Below, piece by piece: positions 50,538-62,240 of a stretch of DNA of 64,000 bases. The stretch covers positions 76,882,001 through 76,946,000 of the forward strand of contig NC_045696.1 of assembly GCF_009834535.1 (NCBI RefSeq), read 5' to 3'. Made by a program: the position numbers and the translations under genes. The notes below the pieces were generated by a model. It did no database searches. It was not told where the DNA came from and saw only the letters and a program-made list of their open reading frames with translations. Origin of the DNA: Camelus ferus. Lineage: Eukaryota. How positions within the stretch are numbered: the stretch's first letter is position 1; every line of letters begins with the position of its first letter.

Positions 50538-51829
50538 TTCATCAACATTTTAAATCATACTCAGTTTTACTTTACTTATTGTTTCTTTCATCTTTGCACT
50601 TTCATCTTTGTCAGCCAATTCCTTTTTTTGAGTATCCATTTTTGTAAAATGTCATGTGGGTTTACTGCTTGTCAACAAGGAGGCAACACAACCACACACT
50701 TTACTGTCTGTGCATGACCTGAATAACAGATGTGGATTGACAGATCACTGACAGAATGAGGAGGAATTGATGTAGTCAGTCATTGATTGTGATATGCATT
50801 GATTTCTGTGTAGTGGTTTGGACTTGAAAGCTGACAGCGAAATTTGGACTCTATGCAATGACTATACTTACAGTTAATATACTGTGTTTGAAATTTGAGC
50901 CATGCTATTAATATTGCTTAACTAAATTATGGTAAATAAATTTCATGTTCATTGGAACTGTGCAATGTGAGAATTGCCTAAAATAGAAAAAGTTTACCTG
51001 TGTACTGGATGAAAAATATTTGTATAATCTCAAAGCCATCCACTGTAAAACAGTGCTCCCAATATATTCTAAGTTGTTTAAAGAAACAACTTTCTTTGGC
51101 CTCCAGAGCAACTGATTAAATTATGAAAACACCGACATACATATTCTAATACAGCTTAAATTTATAATGTATTAGAGAGAGATATCTATAAACTCCCGTT
51201 TACTTTTGAAATTCATTATAACTTAAATCAACCTGTACAGATCATTTAAAAGTTGGGTGGACTATATGAGGACTATGTTAACATTTGAGTATTTAAATTC
51301 TGTGCTACTTTAACTTTCTTCCTGTGATTTTTTTTTTCCCCATGAGTATTTCAGTGGTATGAATAAAGTGAACAAAGTGCTCAGCCAGACTAGGTGAACT
51401 AGGTTCCTTGAAGGAGAGGGAATTTGGACTGGTTTAAGAGATTGTTTGTCTAAGCCCTTGAGTTTTCAGGTTTTTTTGTTTGTTTGTTTGTTTTTCCCTA
51501 CTCAAGGATTTTACTCATCATGCGTTGCACTGCTGTGATGGAACAGCTGGAGTAGTTTTTTAGGCATTAATTCATTCATCCACTGCCTAGAACAGTGCAT
51601 GGCACATAGTTGAGTTTCATGAAGACATATTTTATGATGTCCATACTAGGCCATGAGAATGCAAAGATGATTCACACACTGTCCTTGTGGGCACAGAATA
51701 GAGCTCTCTGTGCCATGACTTTCTGCTAAATTTCTAATATTGTACAATGATAATGCAAACAAAATTTCTAATTTATTCTATGCCTGCAATGGACCAGCAA
51801 TCATATTAGACCATGTTGGCATTACCTCT

Positions 51830-52170
51830 GTAGTTATCTGACGCCAAGATTCAAGATTGAGGTTCTACTTTCAAGGTGGTTCACTCACATGTCTGGCAAG
51901 TTTGTCTGGCAAGTTTGTCTGGCTGTTGGATAAGGGCCTCTGTTCCCCTGTGCTAGGCCTCTCCATGGGGCTATTTGAGTGGCTTTATAATATAGCAGAT
52001 GGCTACCCTCACAGAGAGTGTTCCAAGAGGTCAAAACAGAAGCTGCAATGTTTTTTATGCCTAACATTGAAAAACACATGTTACTTCCTCAATATACTGT
52101 TGGTCATACAGGGTGAGACATGATTCCATGTGGGAGGACACTGTGCAGAAGTATCAAAACTACGAGGTTT
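51830..52170 (-). mobile_element. MaLR LTR remnant (MLT1F/G-like)
   Basis: TTTCAAGGTGGTTCACTCACATGTCTGGCAAG…GGCCTCTCCATGGGGCTATTTGAGTG…AGAAGCTGCAATGTTTTTTATGCCTA. Contains a local 13-bp tandem duplication TGTCTGGCAAGTT. Confidence 0.65.
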
Positions 52171-52339
52171 GTATGTCTATGAGATGTCCTCCCACTTTGT
52201 AAATAAGTAAACTGGTACAACTAATAGGTGGTAGAACTGGGCTTTGAATGCAGGCATTCTGGCTCCAAAGTTCATACTCTTAACCATCATGCTATCAGAT
52301 GAATTATACTTTAATATTAACTATCATTATTAGATATTG

Positions 52340-52690
52340 TTTCCATGTGTGTTGGGTATCTATGAGCTCTTTATTCTGTTGGTCTGTTTTTCATCCCTAT
52401 AGCAGCAATACCACATTGTTTTTATTACTATAGCTTGGTAACTTTTTATATCTGGGATGATTACCTGACTTCATTCTTCTCTATGAGATCCTCAGCTATT
52501 CTTGGATTGCTGTATTTCTATACCAATTTTAGAACAGTCTGTGATATTCCATTAGAAACCCTGTTGGTGCTTTTTTTGGAGTTGCACTGAGCCTATAGAT
52601 CGATTTTGGAAGAACGGATGTCTTGAAGATATTTTGTCTTCCTATCCTCAAACTCTGGATTCTTAACTATGGTATACATTTCCAGTGACC
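52340..52690 (-). mobile_element. Ancient L1 ORF2 fragment
   Basis: CAATACCACATTGTTTTTATTACTATAGCTT…AATTTTAGAACAGT…GAGTTGCACTGAGCCTATAGATCGATTTTGGAAGAAC (reverse ORF2). Confidence 0.65.
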
Positions 52691-55009
52691 TATCCTATAT
52701 TTTCACAGATCTGATGACTCAGGATAGCCGTTGGCGAGTTTAGGCTTCTTTTTATGGCAGTGACTTAATCTTGGAAGAAATTGTTTGCAACTTTGGTCTT
52801 TTGTTTGTCCTCGTTTCCCAATTTAGAAAGAAGTGTCATCCCCATTTATATTTTGTCTTGTGGTAACCTGACTGTTCTTGGAAAATTCCTATTATTTGTA
52901 CTTTTTTATTTTCACACCCCTTTACATTGTGAAAATAACCTGAGATCACTTCAACTTTTTGCTTATTGTGTCTATCAACCTCAAGCCCCCTTCTCACCTC
53001 TCCATATCACTGGGAGTTTTAAATATGTTTTTATCAGATCTGTCTAGAGGAAGAGTGGGGTAGAGGTCAGGGGAGGGGAGAGGTATGTTGAGAAGGGTTG
53101 GACACATAAGTGAAGAGGTAACAAAAGCTATTTGGTTGATGAGCTCTAAGCCAGTGACTGCTTCCAGGAATTTTCATCTGGGTGCAGAGCCTGAGTGTCT
53201 TTTGTCCTTTTGTACTTCTCATTCTTCCCACTCCTCGTCTCAGACCTCTTTGATGTCCTCGAGTGCCTGGTGACCTATGGAGAAACAGACTTAGTGAACA
53301 CGTGCCTGTTCTGCAATATGAAAGCACATTTCTTTTGGCTTCACTTTACGTCAGTGACCTAAGATGGTTCCTTAATTCACTGACTAAATATGATCAGTGC
53401 AATTTCTTATTTATTCTAAGATTTAATAAATAAGAACCCAGCTTTGGAGGAAAAGGGCTAAATCCTTAAGGTGACATTAAATCTATAAGCTCTTAGGTGT
53501 CCTGTAGGTTCCTATAGGGATTTTTTAGTTAATGGCACCTCACTGAATTGAAAGAAGCTGTTTAGAACTCAGAAGAAACTTTCTGAACCCTTAAATCTGT
53601 CTCGTTATAATATATTTTTGTCCCCAATGCCAGGGGTCTTTATACACACAGGGAGGGGGTATTTTAATCTTAATTTTACAAGGACTCCGGTCTTAACAAG
53701 GGCATTTAAAAATACATGTTAATAATGAAGTCTAAATAACCTAGGGAGAGTCCTACAGAGTTCTCGCAGCATAGTCATTGTGGGCAAATTTTCTTGTGAA
53801 ACTTTAATGCTTATACTGGGAAAGGCACTTAGTACAATGCTGACTGAAGTGGACAGTTCTCACTGTGTGAAGTTTACCCATTGCTGTTCAGTATTTACTG
53901 GCATAATAGAAACACTTGGGAACAAATACTCCTGTGTATGTGTAAAGCCTCATTTAGAGCCAAATCTTTCTTCAAATACTCCATTCGTGATCAAATGGTA
54001 GGTGAAAATGCAGCACTTCTCTAAAAGGCAAATTCTGTGTGTATTTAAAAGTATTTGCAGAGTTTCCATTTTTTTCCCCCAAGAACAATTCTTTTCACTT
54101 CTTTAGCCACTTTCCCCCTTGTTTAGTTCATATCCTTAGGTGGACAGAAAAGATGGATCAAAGAAATGGTTTCCAATTTTATGCTTTTGGTTGGATAATT
54201 GGCATCAAAAAGAACTGAAAACTTCAAGGAGGCTTTTAAAGCATGATTTTCATAAATTTGTGTGATTGGGAGCAGAGCTGAAGTTCATTCAATGCAAATT
54301 GTGTTTCTCCCCCTTTTCACTTTTGGAACATAGCCCATGAGTAGAGGGTGTGTTGGGAGCTAACTTCAGTTTCAACATTTTTACTTAAAAATCTTTTCCC
54401 TTCCTTAGATCAAGAGATTTTTCTTTCGAGGTTCCTAATAAGATGGGTGAGTTAGGAATCTAATTCTTCAGAAGATATGGCCCCTCTAGATGCAATGCTC
54501 ACAGAAATGTGGAAGGCACAGGCACCAGGGACCAGCCTTGGAAACAAAATGAGGTGCCATTAACTGATCCCTTGAAGTTGAAGCCAATGTGGGATATTAA
54601 GAACTGGGATGTGATTAGCTTTTTTCCTCTCTGGAAACTCATCCTCATTGCTTGCCTTATCTCCTTTAGGTAAGAGATTCTATGATTCAGAGCTAGGATA
54701 TACTTCATGTACCACAGTCATTTTCTCCCCTCCCCCGCTCCCTCCCAGAAGGAGCAGAAAGGGAGACAGGAAAAGGAAGCCAAGGGCAAAAGGGCCAAGA
54801 GTGTTAGAGCCAGACTGACTGGTGGAGGGTAGAACGTGGGGTGGGCAGGTGGGGTTGGGACCTCTGTCTTCTGGTGATGCTGGACAGGTCTGCTAACCCT
54901 TGACCTCACTGTCCTCGAATGCGGATTTAGGGGTTTACATTGGGTCCTTTCTCCTATGAAAGTAGACATCTATATCTTTCCCAGGCCTCTCTCACATGCC
55001 ATGGACAGC

Positions 55010-55165
55010 CTAGCTACCTCAGAGGTGGTATGTAGAACCGCATAGTGGGCATCACCCTGGAGCTTGTCAAAAAGGTCGACTGTCAGGCCCCGCCCCAGAT
55101 GTACAGAATCCGAATCCACGTTTTACCAAGTCTGCAGGCTGATCGATGCATCTGCCCACTGCAGT
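55010..55165. mobile_element. MER5-like MITE remnant
   Basis: GGCATCACCCTGGAGCTTGT…CAGGCCCCGCCCCAGATGTACAGAATCCGAATCCACGTTTTACCAAG. Confidence 0.6.
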
Positions 55166-56265
55166 TTCAGTTTCAGAAGTTACTCTATGGGAAGTCTGCC
55201 ACTGCCTTGTTTTAGCAATGAAACAAAACCAGCTGATCAATGAGTCAAACAAAAGACCTTAGAGACTTACCTATCCCGAGGTGTCCTCTGGATTATAGGA
55301 TCTCTGGGCTGTGGGAAAAATACTGAGTGCCCATCAATGTCAGTATGTCCCAGTAGTTTGTCCTCTGAGCTGCTAGATGCTCTGTGGGAAGGTTTTGAGG
55401 TTTAATATCCATCTGCCACCTCAGTGACTAGCTTCTGGTGACTTGGTTCTTTGTCTTCCTCCAAGGGGCACCAAGTACCCAGTGCCAGGCCCACGTTCAT
55501 CATGGCGCCCCCTTATGGTGCGTCACGTGAATGACACGCCTTTATACCTTGTGTTTTTCACAGTTGCCCAGAGTGCCAGGCAGAGCAGGCACCGTTGCCC
55601 CGTGCTGGGAGCTAAGAATGAGGTCTCTGAAGGTCGCAGCAGCAGAATAACTGACTGGAAGCCCTAAGCTCTGTGCCTCCAAGTCCCGGCCTCCTCCCTC
55701 CTCTAGGCTGCCACATCTTTTACAGACAGCGCAGACAACAATTCGAGATGGGTTCTACTCTCAGAGGCTTATAAAACGCATTTTCTTGTGAGCTAAGCAG
55801 GTTTTGTGCCTATTTCATAAGACCTGAGACACAGAGAATGTGAAGACCAACATTAGGACACAGGGTCCGGAAATCCCGTGGGCCTGGGTAGCTCTGCTGG
55901 GCCACGTGACCTCTCTGTGTCTATCCGATATGCATCTGGGGAGCGGGACTGCCCCCTGCAGCGGGATTCGTAGAGGATGCTCCCCCTCCCCGGGGCTCCC
56001 CACCTGGCCCAGCTACACCCGCCAGCCTCGGAGCTGGTGGTGAGAAAGCTGCTGGCTTTTTCCCTCGCAACTTGCTTTCTTTTATCTTCTTTCATCTTGT
56101 GAGATATGATTCCCTCCCACACATGGTTCTTCCCCAAGTCCACATATTTTACTTCTTTTAAGAAGCTCGAATCAATATTTTGCTACCCACTTGTCAGGCT
56201 GTGAGTACATTTTTATTTCCAATTCTTCCTTCCCCAGAGGATTCGGGGGTTGTGTGTGTCTACTT

Positions 56266-56288
56266 TGTGTGTGTGTGTGCGCGCGCGC
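56266..56288. repeat. (TG)7(CG)4 alternating purine-pyrimidine microsatellite
   Basis: TGTGTGTGTGTGTGCGCGCGCGC, read directly. Confidence 0.9.
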
Positions 56289-58149
56289 CAAGTATGGGAG
56301 CATACAGAGCTGTCTCCTAGTCCTGTGTTCACAGGGCTGTGGCTGAGATTCAGCTCTGTTCTTTAGTTACTGCGGTGTCCGTTGGGCAGAGCAGCTGGAA
56401 ATTGGTCAAGTAAAGTACCTTGTTGGCAAAATGTGGAAATGTGAGTCATGAGCAGGTGTGCTGCTCTTCTCACCCACAACCCCTCTAAAAAGCTGAGAAA
56501 ATTATTTTGGGTCTGCTTTGCCTTCATGTAGGCATACATTTCATGCTTCCTAAATTCTGATAATTTGGTGTGTCCAGCTAATGAATCTGTCAATGTGTTG
56601 GAGCAGAGTTGAAGTGGAAGTTTACATCAAGTTTTTGCGGTTCTTAAAAACAACAGTAAGATTTCCTTCGAGTCTGTGTGAGAGCCAGTGGCTGCAAAGG
56701 GGCTTCCCAAGGGAAAGCTCATGGAACTCCTGCCATGTGCCAGGGAGGACTGTTGCCATCAGGACCACTGAATGATCCTGGGGACTTGATTCTGCAGTGA
56801 GATATTTTCTGTGATCCTGAGGGTGCTTCTCTGAATGAAAAGTAGGTCCTCAACGGCAATTCAGTCTTATTTTTCTCAAGACAGGTGTCGGCAAAGGCAG
56901 GAAAATTCTACTATTACTGTTACCGCATGTATGGCCTAGAGTTTTAGCAATCTGTGAGCAGGATAGCTTATTTATCTGCTTGAAGAGATAAATTCAGTGC
57001 TCTGTATGCAGTGGGCATTCTGGAAATGTTGGTTGGCTAATGATTTAGTTTGTTTTTGGGGCCAAGTCTGGAAAGGAGTTTTGTTAAGAGGCATATGCAA
57101 TCTAAAAATTATTGCAGATATTACTAAAAATTCCAGGAAGCTAAGCCACTTTAGGACATCCTGTGAAATAGTGGGTGGAGAAATGCTTTCGTTTAGAAAG
57201 TCCATAGATGAACTCATTTTAAATAGGTGCTGACAGGATGTTGATATAGGGCATAGGACGAACCAATAAACCAGTGAGTTTTCCTTATCTTTTCCCAAGG
57301 TCAAGAACTGGTATATTGAGTGAAGATGAGAGGAAACATTGTTATTATATAGATGTTTTCTTGTAGAATTTCTCTTTTTTTTCCCTTCTGCTGGTCTTTA
57401 GATGTAAACGAAGAGACTGTATATATACTGGAGCTGGTGTAATTATTCTTTTGCAATTAAGATAAAATCCAAATTCTGCAGTATGGCCTACAAAGCCCAA
57501 TATGATCTGGAGTTTTCTTACTTTGTAACCTACTCATGTAAATATTTCCACCTGTTCACTTGATCCTTTCTGTGTTGGCCTTTTTTTCTACTCATTGAGT
57601 GGTCTCAGAGCCACTGAACCTGCTGGACAAAGGTACATTCAAGCCAAGTGTCCTTTTTCAGAAAGTATTCACTGGTCTGCCCATCAGAATTAGTCTCCCT
57701 TTTGCACTGTCTCAAGCATCATAATTTTCCATACAGAACTTATCAAAACATACATATTTGTATACTTGTTCTTATTTCAGGATGAGTTACCAAGAATAAT
57801 TCGTGCATGTGGTCGTATGTCCTTGGAGAGTTTGGACACTGGGAGGTGACTCTCAGGAAGCAAGGGAACATTTCTCAAGACACTTGGGACACAGTGGAAG
57901 GAGGGCAGTGTGTTGACAGGAGTGTGGTGCCCGGTGATATCTTAACCTGCTTTTCTAATTCAACTCAGCCTGCTGGGTGCAAAAGAAAGCCGGGGCTAAC
58001 CATCTCATAAAGCTAACAAGGGATTGGATAAGAGGTTTCAAGTGTGGCACTTAATAAATGCTCAACCAAATCCTAATTTCCTTCAGATGGTTGACCTGGC
58101 AGATTCCTTCAAAGATCTGTTTCTTGAAAGAGTAAGACAGTAAAATACT

Positions 58150-59090
58150 TCCATGTTGGTATAAATGTAAACTTTGCTGGTAGAAATGTCACACCCACCA
58201 CCTTTGTGGGTAGCAATTTGGTAACATATACTAAGAAGCTCACAATTTTCATACCACTGGTCCCTATGGTTATTCCTTTGAGGACCCATCTTAATTTTAA
58301 TTTAAAATGCAGAAAAAATTTTGTACTTGGAGGTGTTCATTACCACATTATTACAGTTATAATTTGGAAGCAATTTCAATGCCTGACAATAAGGAAATGA
58401 TTTTATGTGTAGTGTATCTACAGGGTGGAATATTATACAACCATTACAAATAATGCTTTCAAGGAACTGTTAATAACATGAGAAAATAATAATGCTAAAA
58501 AGAGTGGACTATAAAATTTTATATATGATAATCTCAGTGCTAGTACAAAAATGCAAGGTAGAATACTAAATACTGAAAATGTCTAGGCATTTATCAGAGA
58601 CTTAATATATGCTGTGTATTGTGCTAAGGGATTTATACACACCAGCCCCCAAACAGGTACTATTATCATTCACCTGCACATGTGAGGAACTTACAGGTTA
58701 GTCTCATTAGCGATTTTCCCATATATTCTTAATTACTAGAATTGGAGCTGCGATTTGGACTCCTCATTTATCTTTCTATATCCAAGCGTACTACCTCCTC
58801 ACCTATCCTTTCATTCTCTATCCTTACAGCAACAGACAAATCACTTTGGAGAACAAATCTGATTATTTGATTTCTCAGTGCTCTTGGGGTAAAGACCAAT
58901 GTTCTTGTCTAACTGTGCAGCCTAAGTTCTTAACTACAACTGTTAACTTTTCTCCAGAGAATAGTGTTGTTTTCTTTTTTTCCCCCTATTGGGGGATTTA
59001 CAGATGGTTTTAATTTTCTTCTTTATGTTATTCTGTATTTCTCAAGTCAGTTAACATACATTGTGTTTATAATGGGAGACAGGCAATGGT
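58150..59090 (+). mobile_element. Ancient L1ME-like 3' end (fragmented, with MIR inside)
   Basis: ATAATTTGGAAGCAATTTCAATGCCTGACAATAAGGAAATGATT…GTGGAATATTATACAACCATTA…GGGATTTACAGATGGTTTTAATTTTCTTCTTTATG. Confidence 0.6.
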
Positions 59091-59589
59091 GGTGATGGTT
59101 TCTAATAAGTCGTTTTTATTTCTTAAAGAAAGATAACTCTGAGCACCACAGCTGTGCCATAGAGGGCCCAGGAGGGTGGCGTTGAACCAGCTATCGGGGG
59201 TTGGGGGAGTACAAGCTACCGTCATTTCACTGGAGCTGCACTTGAAGCGTCCCCTTTGAACTGAACCACCCCCACCCCAGCCTGAGCTGCCTAGTCCATT
59301 ACCATGGCTGACAAGACCAGCAGCTTCAGGGCACTCACTGGACACCATGGATGGAAATCACCGCTGGAAGAGAGAAAATTGTGTTAGATTAAGGACGCTG
59401 CCTCGCTGAGTTCACTGCTCTCAGGTGCGCATGCTCTCTCTCTGGAGGCGAGTAGGCTTCTGTTAAAGCTTAACTTCCGGATAGTGCTGCACGGTTCTCA
59501 GACATGCAGGGATTTTAGTAGTCACCCCAGATTATTCTTCTTCGAATCCTTTACTCACTCAACAAGTATTTATTAAATGAATTCAAATC

Positions 59590-60332
59590 TGTCACCAATA
59601 CCCAGACTTTGACCTTTTAAGTGTCTCTCGGATCCGTCCGTTACTCACCATTGCACAGTTGCCATTCCAGGCCGCGTCACCTTCTCCTGGGTCCGGCCCC
59701 ATCTCCTCATCGATCTCCGCGCATCCCATGTACCACCTCCCCGCCCATCCATTCCTTCTGTCTGTACTGCAGCAGAGAAATCATCTTGCAACACATTTGA
59801 TTGAATTTTTGATGATATGTTTCCTAGCGATGTAAGGGTAAAGGGTAAAACTCTTGGTGCTACAGAGCCTCTTGTAGGATCTGCTCTCTGCTGCCTCTCT
59901 GTCCTCTGCTCACAGTGTGCTCCCCCTGGCTGTGTCTGCCCAGCCATCATCCTCTCTCCCACCCCGTATGCCTGAGATGTTCTGCCTGGAACATACTTCC
60001 TCATTCTTCCATGAGAACTTAGCTCAGTGGTGTACTTCTTCAGGGAAACCCCTTCATCTTTTTCTCTAAAATTTTCTCTATATTTAATTTCATTTTTCTC
60101 TATTATATATATCCTGAGAATTGTATATAGCCTGTACTCATTTGAACTGTCATCCTGGTTGTGTTTTGATGTTGGCTCATTTTGCTGTGATTATTTGATG
60201 TTTGTTTTTCCTGCAAATTGATAAGCGTCATGAAGGCATGGATTTTGCATGTTTTCGTTCACCATGGTACACCCTGTCTAACCTACCACCCACAACACAG
60301 TAGACACTCAATACACATGTGTTGGAGGAAGG
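59590..60332 (+). mobile_element. L2 3' portion
   Basis: Pyrimidine-rich L2 body (CTGCCTGGAACATACTTCC, TCAGGGAAACCCC) ending ACAGTAGACACTCAATACACATGTGTTGGAGGAAGGAA. An opposite-strand L2 tail follows at ~60335-60430. Confidence 0.65.
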
Positions 60333-61659
60333 AACACATGCCTACTATGTGCCAGGCACAGTGTCCGATCCTGGTAATGAAACCTGAATGAGACACGGTA
60401 CCTTCACCCATGAGTTCACAGTCTAGAGACAGTCTCTAAGTCATCGGGTCATTCTGCTTGAACATGCTGGTGGCTGTGACTGAGGCACAAACCTGGTTCT
60501 GTAAGAGCTCTGAAGAGGTGCGTCTCTGGTGCAATGATGGTTAAGGAGGAGTTGGTTCAGATGAGTTTTGAAGAACAAGGAGAAATCTAATGAGGAAATC
60601 GCCTGGGAAGGGAAGTGAGGGTGGATGAGGGGCAGGCCCCTGAGAAGGAGCCACACAGGAAACTCTACAGATCGGGGCCCAGGGAGGGGTGTGTAGAGTC
60701 AGCGGCATCGGTGCCTATTATCAGGAGTAGAAGTCAGTACACTTCTGCCCACTGCATCTTGGTATTAGAGTCTCCGAAGAAAACACACTGCAGTCGAGCC
60801 CGGGCTAGACCCTGTTTTACTCATGTTGAGAAGAGACAGCAAAGGCAGCTTCAGTGCTTTGGTTTCCCATGGCCAGCAGGTCCCTCCGGGCAGCAAGCCA
60901 GGGCCGTTGGCCTGTATGGACCCCTCTTGGGCTGCTGTGGAAGGACTTGTCCCTCCTGAAGGGGACAGGTATAGCAGCGAGGCTGGCTGTGTGCTGTGTG
61001 CGGTGTGCTGGAGGCGCTGAAGCAGAAGAAAGGAGCACCCTGAGTGTGCAGCAGGGAGAGGTCCTCCCACGCAAGGTGACAAGCCCAGCAAGGCTGTGGG
61101 ACCTGTCATGCCTTGATGAGGAAGCGTCCAGGCATGACACCCATACTTACCGGCCCAGTAGAGTCGAAAAACTGCAGGCACAGGGCTGCTTTTCTCAGCA
61201 GAATGCTGTACCCATCCCATATTGATCTGTTACATCATTCCTGAGAATTCACTATCTTTCCAGGAAAACTCATGCTTGTCAAGGAGCAAAAATTCTGGGA
61301 AGACTTTGAACTTTAATTTAGCTGATTTCTGAAGGTTAGGAAAGGGTCTTGATGTATTTCTTTGGTATAATTAAAGTTTCATTTTTATTCAGAAATAGAT
61401 GTTGATATTCAAGTAAACAAACGTCATTCTCATAATTAACTGCCTCCCCCAATCTTATAAACAATTAGAAGTAACTGGAAACTGAATCAATGTCTATCCA
61501 TTAACCTTGGTCTGTGAATACTGCAAAAAGCAGCATTTACCCTCTCGAGTCTTTAAGTTGCAGGTCCTGACCTCAGCTTTGACATCATACACAATTTCAA
61601 ATAAACTAGTTTTTCCTGTATTGGTATCTGAGCTTCAGAGAACTTGACTCTTCCATTTG

Positions 61660-61855
61660 TGCTGTGATTAAAAGCATAGACTCTGAAGCCAGACAGCCAA
61701 GGTTTAAAGCCCGAGTCCACTGCTTATGAATGGCAAGGACTTAGGCAAATTACTTAAACTCCCTTTGCCTCAGTTTGCATTATCTTTAAAGTGGGAACAA
61801 TAGTATTACCATATAGGGTTGTTATGAGGCTAAGTTAATACATGTGAAATTTTTA
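61660..61855 (+). mobile_element. MIR SINE
   Basis: AAAGCATAGACTCTGAAGCCAGAC…GGCAAATTACTTAAACTCCCTTTGCCTCAGTTT…AGGGTTGTTATGAGG. Further MIRs at ~32080-32230, 36090-36280, 37690-37900, 40600-40740, 41290-41500 and 63860-64000. Confidence 0.8.
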
Positions 61856-62225
61856 CAACAAACCATATACCAAAGAAACTTTACTTGCAAATATTTAACT
61901 AACAAAAGCTTTTATCCAATTTTAATGGTCATGGCCATTCCCACAATCACAAATTAAAGGCTAGAGTGAGTGTCAGTTACATGTGTGACATTTGAACGGA
62001 TTTTAGATTAGGGAATCCTCTAAAAGTTATTGACCAGCTCACAAGACTGAATTTAAATGCACCAGGTTAGAAGAGCTAGCTGTTGGGGTGGAGACTGGGT
62101 AGGAGCAGAGAGAATAGCAACCCTTCTTGGAAAAGGCAGAAGAAGCGTGGAGAGTCCTGAGCTAGCTTTATGCATAATCCATCAAAATTACAGGCTCCAA
62201 GTTGAGCACGGCCTGCACTGAGATC

Positions 62226-62240
62226 CCAGCAGAGGGTGCA
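62226..62240 (+). promoter_or_regulatory. Candidate CTCF site
   Basis: CCAGCAGAGGGTGCA matches the core CCASYAGRKGGCRS except for T at the C of the CpG position. It lies in apparently unique sequence. Confidence 0.4.

Larger units (their letters stand above)
48685..50980 (-). mobile_element. Tigger13-like TcMar DNA transposon with transposase remnants, split by an L1
   Basis: Termini GCTTTACACAGTAGT (48685) and GAACTGTGCAATGTGAGAATTGCCTA (50955-50980) resemble the recalled Tigger13a TIR. On the minus strand, ATG at 50639 begins MDTQKKELADKDESAK, followed by an HTH-like segment and an acidic C-terminal remnant (DEKDEDVPEEVTSAKNFTLKEL). Confidence 0.8.

Noticed and set aside
60615..61225. Cluster of 107-151 aa ORFs on both strands, and a possible 21-nt minus-strand microexon (61151-61171)
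   Set aside because: Locally GC-rich with no coherent codon bias or protein similarity, and the acceptor tract is weak.
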